Assembly: GCA_951406725.2 (NCBI GenBank)
Contig: OX597825.1
Location: forward strand, 62,248,001-62,312,000
DNA: 64,000 bases
DNA from: Octopus vulgaris
Lineage: Eukaryota
Direction: 5' to 3'
The notes beneath the pieces were generated by a model. That model ran no database searches. It saw only the letters and a list, made by a program, of their open reading frames with translations, and was not told the origin of the DNA. The translations under genes were made by a program, and so were the position numbers. Positions 53,155 to 64,000 of the stretch are shown in pieces. Numbering within the stretch: position 1 is the stretch's first letter; every line of letters begins with the position of its first letter.

Positions 53155-53392
53155 AGTCAGAGGGTGGCGAGCTGGCAGAAACGTTAGCATGCCAGGCAGA
53201 ATGCCTAGTGGTATTTCGTCTGTCGCTAAATTCTGAGTTCAAATTCCGCCGAGGTCAACATTGCCTTTCATCCTTTCAGGGTCAATTAAATAAGTACCAG
53301 TTACGAACTGGGGTCAATATAATCGACTTAATCCATTTGTCTGTCCTTGTTGGTCCCCTCTGTGTTTAGCCCCTTGTGGGTAGTAAAGAAAT
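53155..53392 (+). mobile_element. Full-length SINE family A
   Basis: 18-bp TSD ATGTATTGTGGATTCCTC (53137-53154 / 53393-53410). Confidence 0.92.
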
Positions 53393-54388
53393 ATGTATTG
53401 TGGATTCCTCTCTGGATTGTATACTAAATATGGATCCAGAAAAGATGATTTGCAATACCTCTCATGCACAATAATATGCAAAATTTGAGGAAACTGTCGA
53501 TGGTTGGCACCGGCAGTAATTTTGCCATTGAAGAATTCCTAGAAGATTCCAATAAAGTTATTGTAATAAATCTGAAACCACCAAATCTACCACTGCTTTA
53601 TAAAACAGTGACAAACTAAAGTAATATTGGAAAAGATAATACACACATATGCATGCGCCTCACATGTAATGAATGAAAGCTGAATATGAAATAAAAATAA
53701 AAACAATAACAATAGATGATGGTGTGATTTAATTAAATAACAATACATTTTATTAAATTCACATTATAAATTCTGCTGAATCAATATTATTATTATTATT
53801 GTTGTTGTTGCTGTTGTTGTTATTGTTATTATGTCCTTGTATTTTAGAGCTGAATATTTTACTTGAAAATTAATTAAACACTAGAAATTCCTTGATGCTT
53901 TGCGCATAGCCATTACCACGATCTAATAATCAGTTGACATTATTATAAATATTTAATAACATTCCTTTCAATGTAAATATTACTGTCTGTGCGTTATAAA
54001 TTTGAACTGTAGAGAATACACAACTGATAGTGGATATAATAATTTTTGAGTGCTGTCAGTTAAGCTGTTAGTGTTGGAGATGCCAGTGAAAGTGAAATAT
54101 GCTGTGGTGTGCAGTATAGTGATAGACTTACAAAACTTAAGATTTATGATTAAACACTGGAAAATATCTACAAAAGAAAATAATTACATGAATGATTAAA
54201 ATTAACCAAGTTTGGGTTAAATAAGGGTTGAACTAAAACTGATGGCCAGCTCTTCCTTCGGACATAGGTAATTAGAAAATATGAAAACGTAGCAAACAAG
54301 TGTCTTGGAATGGCACAAAGACATCAAAGTTGCTAGTCATATACAAGGAACAGAATTGTAGCTCATTTTTTCAACATAGAATCAACAA

Positions 54389-55030
54389 GGCGTAAGAGTG
54401 GCTCTGTGGTAAGTAGCTTGCTTATGAACCACATGGTTCTGGGTTCAATCCCACTGCATGGCACCTTGAGCAAGTGACTTCTACTATAGCCTTGGGTCGA
54501 CCAAAGCCTTGTGAGTGGATTTGGTAGATGGAAACTGAAAGAAGCCCGTCGTATATATGTATATATATTTCTTTACTGCCCACAAGGGGCTAAACATAGA
54601 GGGGACAAACAAGGACAACCCCAGTTGCAAAACTGGTACTTTATTTATCGACCCCGAAAGGATGAAAGGCAAAGTCGACCTCGGCGGAATTTGAACTCAG
54701 AACATAACAACAGACGAAATACCGCTAAACATTTCGCCCAGCGCACTAACGTTTCTGCCAGCTCGCCGCCATATATATGTATATATATGTATATGTGTAT
54801 GTGTGTGTGTATATGTTTGTGTGTCTGTGTTTGTGCCCCCAACATTGCTTGACAACCGATGGTGGTGTGTTTACATTCCTTTAACTTAGCGGTTCAGTAA
54901 AAGAGACTGATAGAATAAGTACTAGGCTTACAAAGAATAAGTCCTGGGGTCGATTTGCTTGACTAAAAAGGCAGTGCTCCAGCATAGCCACAGTCAAATG
55001 ACTGAAACAAGTAAAAGAGTAAAAGAGTAA
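54389..55030 (+). mobile_element. SINE family B with a nested minus-strand family A copy (54567-54770)
   Basis: The A copy sits in the internal (TA)n tract of B. Confidence 0.9.
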
Positions 55031-55529
55031 AGTGTAAATATTTAAAACCACCAGACTCTCTACAAACGCATTATGACAACTGTTGATTACTTGGGGCAAA
55101 CAAATAGATAAAATACTGCCAAAATTTCATTTAAAATTTTAGAATTCTTCTTCATATTCAGAAAATACATAAGCCCCTGTAAGTAGTTAACCCCCAACAA
55201 AGCTCAATTGCTATCTCCATTGGAGTACTGCTCCTTTATTTGAAATAGTGCTGCAATCCAAAATAAAAAACCTGGACTACATAAAAATCAGTATTTGGCA
55301 ACTGATTGCCAATACACAACAAATGCAACCTCGCTGATATGCTTTCCCTGATGTCACTTTCTTGAATCTTTTGATAATTGATAATATGGTCTCTGATTCT
55401 TTGATCTAGCTATCTTTTTACATACTTCGCTAATGCCTGATCAACATATCGGTCTCTCTCTTGTTACTGTTATTTTCATTGTATCTCATCTCACAGATTT
55501 AAACCAATATTTTTCAGTCTTTAATATCT

Positions 55530-55833
55530 TTCGTTTGTTCCTTCTCGAGCCATGCCTGGCTCATAAGGGCCGGTTTCCCGGTTTCCTTGGCATATAGGTT
55601 CCCCACCTGGATGGGACGCCAGTCCATCGCAGGTGAGCTGCAAGATGCAGGAGGAAAGAGTGAGAGAAAGTTGTGACGAAAGAGTCAGCAGAAGTTTGCC
55701 ATTACCTTCTGCCGGAGCCACGTGGAGCTTAGGTGTTTCGCTCATAAACACACACATCGCCCAGTCTGAGATTCAAACCCACGATCCCTCGAATGCGAGT
55801 CCGCTGCTCTAACCACTAGGCCATATGCCTCCA
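55530..55833 (-). mobile_element. Full-length SINE family C
   Basis: Reverse complement of 58616-58922; TSD-like TTTAATATCTT. Confidence 0.9.
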
Positions 55834-56656
55834 CTCTTTAATATCTTAGGTCTTCTCTGTTCACATTTTCCAGTGGACATCAGCCTACAGATATTTACAT
55901 GTAACATAATATAAGTTATTTTAATCTCACTAGTCTGTAGATCAAGATAAAGCCGTGGTCCTTACATTTCTTCCTTTAATTACCTTATTTAAAAGTAATA
56001 AATGCAATTAAGGGAAAATAAAGATTGTTTGATTTAATTTGAGATGCTGATTTATGAGATTGCTGTACAAGTATGATAAAAATTAACACACTCAGGTATG
56101 AAAAAATTAATAAGACTTAAGCTGACCGAATTTCAGATGATCTTGGTCAACTTTGAAAAGTTTAATCAACCGACCAGACAGATCTATTGTTACAAACTGT
56201 TTAAACAGTAAACAAATGTGAACAATGTGTAGTATATGAGTAAACAAGCTATGTCAAACAATATGATCTACTTGGTAAAGCATTAAGTGGGTAGAAGACA
56301 AATTCTGTCAATCTTACAAATTGAACAAAGTAAATATGAAATGTCAGCGAATGAATATTTGAAAAGGCAGCTGGTAATTACAATTCTTCTTGTTTGGCTG
56401 AAATTAAAAAGGTGAAAGAATGGTAAGTTTAGCAAAATTTTCAAAGAATTAATGAATAGGTTCTTGAGACAGTTGCAGAAATATGAACCTATTATAGCAA
56501 GTATTTATGGAAGCGAAATTACAATTAGTACCTCTGTTTTGAAAAGCATTTTTTTTCTGAATTCAGACGATGGAAATAAAAAGCAAAAAAGGAAAAGAAT
56601 GAGGCATTTTGATTTGTGTGCTAATGATTCTGCTTGCTTACCTTCTCTCTAATACT

Positions 56657-56875
56657 CTTTTCTGTTTTAGGCACAAGGCATGAAATATTGGGGAGGGGCG
56701 AAGTCGATTACATCGACCACCAGTGCTCAACTGGTACTTATTTTATCAACCCCGAATGGACGAAAGGTTAAGTTGACTTTGGTAGAATTTGAACTCAGAA
56801 TGTAGAGAGACTAAATGCCACTAAGCATTTTGCCCAGCAAGCTAACAGTTCTGTTAGCTCACTGTCACCTTAATC
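56657..56875 (-). mobile_element. SINE family A (alternative tail)
   Basis: Same structure as 7594-7810. Confidence 0.8.
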
Positions 56876-57013
56876 TTATCTTTAATAATGGCAGGATAAT
56901 CTCTTACCTCACCTTATTTAATAACAACAGGTCTCTAGCAGATAGCAGCTTCATGGTAAACATTTTATTTACTTATAATCCAAAGGTTTTATATTTTTAT
57001 AATCCAGAAATAA

Positions 57014-57406
57014 GTGCAGTAGTGGCTGTGTGGTGAGTAGCTTGCTTACCAACCACATGGTTCCGGGTTCAGTCCCACTGCGTGGCACCTTGGGCAAGTG
57101 TTTTCTACTATAGCCTTGGGCCGACCAAAGACATGTGAGTGGATTTGGTAGATGGAAACTGAAAGAAGCCTGTCATATATATGTATATGTATATAAATGT
57201 GTGTGTGTGTGTGTCTGCATTTGTCCCCACCAACATCTCTTGACAACCGATGCTGGTGTGTTTGCGTCCCCGTAACTTAGCAGTTCAGCAACAGAACCAA
57301 TAGAATAAGTACTAGGCTTACAAAGAATAAGTCCTGGGGTCAATTTGCTCGACTAAAGGCGATGCTCCAGCATGGCCACAGTCAAATGACTGAAACAAGT
57401 AAAGAG
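57014..57406 (+). mobile_element. Full-length SINE family B
   Basis: Matches 29097-29505. Confidence 0.9.
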
Positions 57407-57489
57407 CAAAATAAGCCTAGCAAAACATCTGATATGTAACCCATCCTCCAGCCATTTCTCTTAAGTAGTTAGACAATGTAGATAAGGAA

Positions 57490-57910
57490 TTTATGGCATT
57501 GTTTGGTTAAGCCTTTTCCAATAAATGTTAGGACAGGGAAATTTCACAAGAGTTATACCATGAAACTCAATTACATGTACAGTTCCAATATGAAGCACCA
57601 TAAACACGACAATCTTTGCTATTCAAGTAGGATGATGGACGCTCACTTCAAACAAACATCTTATAACCTCAGCACACCCTTCAGAACCAATGTTAGCTAG
57701 CTATATTTAGAATCTAAGAGAAATGAAAACATCACAAGAACAGATCAGAGCTTTAGAAAGACAGAGGCCATACATCAATGGATAAAACCATTCGGGCTTT
57801 GGAAAACAAAATTCAAAATATTTTACTTTGATTAAAATAACCTGGGAATTTACAAAACATATGAAACTAATTATTTAGAAGATGCATGCATCCTTATAAA
57901 TCTATTAAAA
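57490..57910 (+). mobile_element. Highly decayed Penelope-clade ORF C-terminus
   Basis: Traces PFPINVRTG...KLNYMYSSNMKHH...FKQTSYN...PYING...RCMHPYK resemble Penelope WFNPP...KxSYSCxxN...FKxRxYNH...CxHxxK. Confidence 0.5.
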
Positions 57911-58243
57911 CTCTGTAGAAAATATTACAATTTCTAAACAGGCCTTTCGTGTCCTTCCACAATTTCACATCACGGGGGTTACCTTTGTAAAAATTAACCT
58001 CACAAGTTTTTGTATATGATAATGCATGTTTGTATCTATGTGTGTCAGTGTGAGTGTATGTATTCATATTTTATTAATTTTTGTTTTTAATATTTGTGTT
58101 TTTTTCTCATACAAATATCTAAAGGACTTCATCTCACTTTTAAAATACTTGATTTATTTTGTCTTACACATTAAAATTTAAAAAAAATTTTAACTGATAA
58201 ATGCAGGTTTCCTTAAAATTAATCATCTCATACATTATTTCGA

Positions 58244-58600
58244 GGCACAGGAGTGCCAGTGTGCTAAGTAGCTTGCTTACCAATCACATGGTTCCGGGTT
58301 GATTCTCACTGCATGGCACCTTGGGCACGTGTCTCCTACTACAGCCACGGGTTGACTAAAGCCTTGTGAGTGGATTTGGTAGACTGAAACTGAAAGAAGC
58401 CAGTCGTAGATATGTATATATATGTATGTGTGTCTGTGTTTTTCCCCCCAACATCGCTTGACAACCGATGGTGGTGTGTTTAGCAAAAGAGACCGATAGA
58501 ATAAGTACTAGGCTTCCAAAACAATAAGTCCTGGGGTTGATTTGCTCGAGTAAAGGTGGTGCTCCAGCATGGCCACAGTCACATGAAGCCAGTAAAAGAA
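58244..58600 (+). mobile_element. SINE family B
   Basis: Matches 29097-29505 with small deletions. Confidence 0.88.
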
Positions 58601-58615
58601 AGTCATATTCTCAGT

Positions 58616-58922
58616 GGAGGCACATGGCCTAGTGGTTAGAGCAGTGGACTTGCAGTCGAGAGATCACGGGTTCGAATCTCAGACCGGGCGATGTGTGTGT
58701 CTATGAGCAAAACACCTAAGCTCCACGCAGCTCCAGCAGAAGGTAATGGAGAACTTCTGCTGACTCTTTCGCCACAACGTTCTCCCACTCCATCCTCCTG
58801 CATCTTGCAGCTCATCTGCAACGGACCGGTGTCCCATCCAGGTGGGGATCCTATATGCCAAGGAAACCTAGAAACTGGCCCTTATGAGCCAGGCATGGCT
58901 TGAGAAGGAACAAACAAAAAAA
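58616..58922 (+). mobile_element. Full-length SINE family C
   Basis: TGGCCTAGTGGTTAGAGC A-box, GGGTTCGAATCTC B-box; TSD ATTCTCAGT (58607-58615 / 58924-58932). Confidence 0.92.
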
Positions 58923-60229
58923 AATTCTCAGTAGCTGTATTTTTTCTCAATCTAATGATTTGCTAATGCAGCCATAGATTTAATTCTTCCTCGGAAAATA
59001 CGAGGTGCATCTGCTAGAAACTGAAGTTGTCCCTGCAGTAGCCTCACTAGGCTAACTTATCTAACTTTTCAATGAATTAACTCCTTTCTACTTTCTGAAA
59101 ATGAGCCACTCAAACACACACACACAGATGTAGATTGTTTGAAGTAATATACAAATTTTATATATTAAGTAAAAGGAGGTGTTCAGAATTTTGGATAATT
59201 ATTTATTTAGTGTTTTCACCTCCTTTTGAGAGAATCATCATGAATGATTTATTTGCAGAAAATTCATTAACTGGAAAAAATCTGTAGTTGGTAAAATAAT
59301 GTTCTGGGTCATTCTGAATGTGTGTGTGTGTTTGTTTGTATGTATGAGTGTGTTGTAGTTTTGCAAACTTGATTAGAGAAAGAAAAAAGGATAAAAGAAA
59401 GGAAGACAGGAAGAAAGAAGAGAAATACCCAAAGGATGACCCCAAAGTACCGGAAGGCAATTGAACTATATTTCATCAAAAACTTACCTCAACTAAACAT
59501 ATATAAATAGAAAATATATATATATTTATAAAAACGTGAGAAATCTTTACTGTATTGTTCTCATTATTGTTACTAAAAAACTGAAAAAATTCACTTAAGC
59601 AACCAACACATAACACTCACACTCTGTCACATACATGTGCCCAAACACACACACACACACACATGCAAAAACACACATACATGCGTAAAAACCTTCCAAA
59701 ACTATTTCATTGAGTTTATTTTCTGCAGTAGGATAACATAACAACTGACAAAAAATACAATGTCTATAAGAAAATTGACCTCTTTGAATGTAATTAGGAC
59801 CCTTTCTGTAGCTGGGTAGCATGACAACTGAGCCTAAAATTCAAGGAAATTTCAACGATCTCAGAAAAAGACTACTTTTTCTCTATCTTTCTTACTTTTT
59901 TCTTTTTCCATTTTCCTCTCTCTAATCAACCCTCCAAAAATTTTTCAAATGCACACACACACACACACATACACACACATATGCACACATATATAGATCC
60001 AAAATGACAAAGAACATATTCTCCCCAATTCAACATCGGATGTTTTCAACTAGCTCATTTTATATAAAAGGTGTGAATTTTCTGTAAATAAATCATTTGT
60101 GACGAGTATCTAAAAGGAGATGATAGTGCTAAATTATCGAAAATTCTGACTACCTCGCTTCTTTTAATATATGTATGCACACACACACACCGTGTATATG
60201 TATATGTGTATATATGTGTGTGTGTGTAA

Positions 60230-60512
60230 GCATGGCTTAGTGGTTAGGGCATTCAGTTCATGATTGTAAGGTCATGAGTTCAATTCCTGGTGATGTGTTG
60301 TGTTCTTGAGCAAGACACTTCATTTTCACGTTGCTCCAGTCCACTCAGCTGGCAAAAATGAGTGGTGCCTGTATTTCAAAGGGCCACCTTGTCACACTCT
60401 GAGAACTACATTAAGGGTACACGTGTCTGTGGAGTGCTCAGTCACTTGCATGTTAATTTCACGGCTAAGCTGTTCTGTTGATCCTATTGTCGTAACTGAT
60501 GGAGAGCTTCTT
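60230..60512 (+). mobile_element. tRNA-derived SINE, family E (CORE-like)
   Basis: TGGCTTAGTGGTTAGG, GAGTTCAATTCC, CTTGAGCAAGACACTT core. Confidence 0.85.
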
Positions 60513-60560
60513 TTTATCTATCTATATATACATACATACATACATACATACATAATATAT

Positions 60561-60625
<65 letters not shown>

Positions 60626-61742
60626 TACCCACACATACACAAATATACATATACATACATATGCACAGACACACAGTTATACATACACACGGACACACAT
60701 GCATATATATGAGAGATGTGTCAATATTTTGCAACTTCCAATCAAGATGTCAAGAAGTAATACCCAGTCATTAACTTTGTACAAATAAATCTATTAAGAA
60801 AATTTCGGTGCCAAAAATGGAGAACTGTGGATAATGAGATCCTGGCCTTCAAACTAATTTTGATCTACTTCCAATTCCAGTTTCAAAACTAATTTTCAAT
60901 AACATGTCAGCAGTTAGAATTGTAGCATGTTGAGTTGATCGCATGGCATGAGATGAAGAGTGACTGGTTCATATAGCCAAATCAATGCTGTATGGTGTTC
61001 TTGGTTAATACTTCTAAAATAATTCTTGTATGATCAGTCTATCTTGATATAAGTAAATGTTATGAGAAAGTAGATCACTCTGCAGGATAGAACAACAGGG
61101 AAACTGTGAAAATTAACTAAATGTTGTCTAACTTTACAGTGTTAGCATAGATCAAACCCTAATAAAAACTTGCAAGCTAGTAAAATGGCTCAAATGACAG
61201 AAAATATAATAAGAAATATTATCAGCTAATCTTGAATCAATGAGATGTTTTTTTTATCGAATTAAATGCCTAAGATAATGTCTTTTTATTAAAAGGAATG
61301 ACGTCTTCATGGACCCTTGATAATTTTTGTTTTTTTTACTTGTTTCAGATGTTAGACTACTGCCATGCTGGGACACTATTACCTTCAAAAGTTTTAATTC
61401 AATGAATCAACCCCAGGTCATTTAGAATAAGTACCAGCCTTAATTCAACATAAAAATTCTTCAAAGGGGTACCCTAGCATGGCCACAGTCTAATAACTGA
61501 AGCAAGTAAAAGATAGAAGATAAATATATATATATATATATATATATAGCTAAGAATTACAAATTTACACGAAGCATAAAGATACTTAAAAGCATACACC
61601 TGCTAGAAATAAGAGCTAAAGTTTAATTAAACCACCACAGAGCACCAAAATAACAGAAAAACAGTAGGCGAGGAAACAGAAACAATTAATACATTCAAAA
61701 GCACAAAATAAAATATTATGCAGTTTAGGACATCCACATATG

Positions 61743-61814
<72 letters not shown>

Positions 61815-61837
61815 TACATATATATATATACATATAT

Positions 61838-63870
61838 GGGTGCGCATTACCACGACTCGCCACCCACACCCAACGAAGAGGACTGCTTCACTGGCCTGGG
61901 CCGCCGACCATCCCCGTGGACGCCTGCCCCTGGCCAGATCCTAGCAGTGGATCTTTTCGCGGGCGCTTGTCAGCGTGCATTGGAGTGGTTCAACTTCTCC
62001 AGGCGCCAACGCCGCCTCAACATCTCCCCGGCTGAGCTCTTGGCTCTTCGTTCCCTCCAACGGCGCGCTGACATTGTCATCAAACTGGCTGACAAGGGTG
62101 GAGCTGTAGTGGTGTGGCGCGCGGACCTCTATAGGGCCGAGGCTTTCCGCCAACTCAATGACACCTCATTCTATTCCCCTCTGCCCTCTAACCCCACACG
62201 TAGCTACCAACAGACGGTATCCTCTACTGTCCGCGACCTCATCTCGTCCTCCCGTCTCCCCTGCACCGCATCCAACCTAATTGTGCGAACCCCACGTACC
62301 CCCACCATTTACTTCCTCCCCAAAATCCACAAACCCAACAACCCTGGCCGCCCCATCGTCTCCGCCTGTAATTGCCCCACGGAGCTCATCTCTAAATACC
62401 TCGACCGTGTCCTTGCCCCCTAGTGGCATCTCTTCCCTCCCACATCCACGATACCAACCATGCTCTCCGGCTTTTCAATTCTTTCTCCTTTCCTCCCGGC
62501 TCCTCCAAAATCCTTTTTACTATGGACATCCAAAGCCTCTATACTGTTATCCCTCACCACGAAGGACTGCAGGCCCTTTGACACTTTCTTGACCTCCGCT
62601 CTAACCCTGTACCTGACACCTCCACACTCATTCGTCTGGCCGAACTTGTCCTTACTCTGAACTGCTTCTCGTTCGCGGGCGAGTTCTACCATCAGGTCTC
62701 GGGAGTGGCCATGGGAACGCGAATGGGCCCCAACTATGCGAACCTGTTCGTTGGCTATGTTGAGGCCCAAATATTCTCTAATTTCACTGGTCCCACTCCT
62801 GAACTATATGGTCGTTACATTGACGACATTATCGGTGCCACCTCACTCTCCCGTGAACATCTAGATTCCTTCCTCTCCTTCGTCCAATCTTTCCATCCAG
62901 CCCTCCACTTCACTTCCACTATCTCCAACACCTCTGTCTCCTTCCTCGACATTTCGGTTAGCATTCTTCACTCCACTCTTACCACCTCCATTCACTACAA
63001 ACACACAGACTCACACTCATACCTCCACTTCTCTTCCTCCCACCCAGAACACACCAAGCTTTCCATCCCCTATTCCCAATTCGTCCATCTACGTAGGCTC
63101 TGTAGTGACGACCATGACTTTGAGACTCAGTCTCAACGTATGGCTCACCACTTCACCCTACGTAGATACCCCCTCACCACTACCCATCCGCCCTTGCCAG
63201 AGCACGGTCCGTGGACCGTGTATCTGCTCTCTCTCCCCGAACCCGCCCTGTAGTCTCCCGCCTCCATTTTCCCCTCACTTACCACCCCACGACCCTACGT
63301 CTCCAACGCACCATTCTTCGAGCTTTCCGTCATCTCCAGTCCGACCCGTCCACTTCACACCTCTTCCCTAACCGACCCCTCCCCTCTTTCAAACGAGCCC
63401 ACAACCTTCGAGACCTTTTGGTCCATAGCTCCTTCCCTGACCCTACCTCCCAACCCGGCTCGTTCCCCTGCTCCCGCCCACGTTGCCGCACTTGCCCTTA
63501 CCTCTCCAACACCACCCGCCTCACTAGCACCCACCATCGACCCTATCCCATCATCCACTCCTTCACCTGCACCTCCAGCAATATTATCTATTGCGTCTCT
63601 TGCTCTCTCTGCAATTCCTTGTACATCGGACAAACGGGACGCCGCTTGGCTGACCGGTTCGCGGAACACCTTCGTGACATCCACCTTGCGAATGACACAC
63701 CGGTCTCACGCCATTTCCGCTCCACCGGTCACTCCTTGCAACACCTATCTGTGTTCGGTTTGTCCTTACACAGAGGCCATCCGGAGTCCCGTTTGCGCCG
63801 TGAACAGGAATTAATCTTCTCTCTTCGCTCTTATACGCCATTTGGTCTCAACTCTCCCCCTCCTCATCTA
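61838..63870 (+). pseudogene. RT + GIY-YIG ORF of the PLE with few lesions
   Basis: 1-bp deletion at about 62420, TGA at 62579-62581, frameshift at about 63185; otherwise open. Confidence 0.9.
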
Positions 63871-64000
63871 ACCCCCTCTCCCCTCCTCACCTATCCTTCC
63901 CCCGACCCCTCTTCAGTCCTTCATCCTTTCACCCCTACTCCCCTTCCCTTCTTCCCTCTTTCTCCCTCCCTCCTTCCCTCTTCCCTCTGCTCCCTCACTC
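61838..64000 (+). mobile_element. Young 5'-truncated Penelope-like element (Neptune-type), runs off the window
   Basis: ADKGGAVVVW, YFLPKIHK, PGRPIVS, TMDIQSLYT, GVAMGTRMGPNYANLF, RYIDD (62816), Cys-rich linker CSRPRCRTC, GIY-YIG NIIYCVSCSLCNSLYIGQTGRRLADRFAEH...REQELI...PFGLN; begins in (TA)n. Confidence 0.95.

Noticed and set aside
56195-56340. Cluster of forkhead-like TAAACA motifs
   Set aside because: Expected frequently in AT-rich DNA; no independent support
58616-58690. tRNA-like sequences (also at 28342, 29097, 60230)
   Set aside because: They are SINE heads continuing into SINE bodies, some with TSDs; no complete acceptor stem

Overview
AT-rich, microsatellite-dense animal DNA, most likely an octopus (coleoid cephalopod) intronic or intergenic region. 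This is inferred from the recurrent tRNA-derived SINE families, RTE tails and huge (TA)n/(ATCT)n tracts, and is not verified. No intact host protein-coding gene can be supported: most listed ORFs are microsatellite or antisense-transposon artefacts. The window is a mosaic of mobile elements: four tRNA-SINE families (labelled A, B, C, E here), RTE LINE fragments, two R4/Dong-like fragments at (AAT)n, a mariner fossil and a mariner MITE, a CCHC-knuckle ORF1-only retroelement, and several Penelope-like elements (PLEs), including a young RT + GIY-YIG copy at the right edge. The most notable signal is non-coding. At least five sequence-distinct minimal type-I hammerhead-ribozyme (HHR) motifs with palindromic stem III occur in short PLE-derived cassettes. 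Most of these cassettes sit in or beside (TA)n microsatellites and are often arranged as inverted repeats, and a further candidate lies in a 295-bp tandem unit resembling a retrozyme. All calls are by eye; coordinates of decayed elements are approximate.
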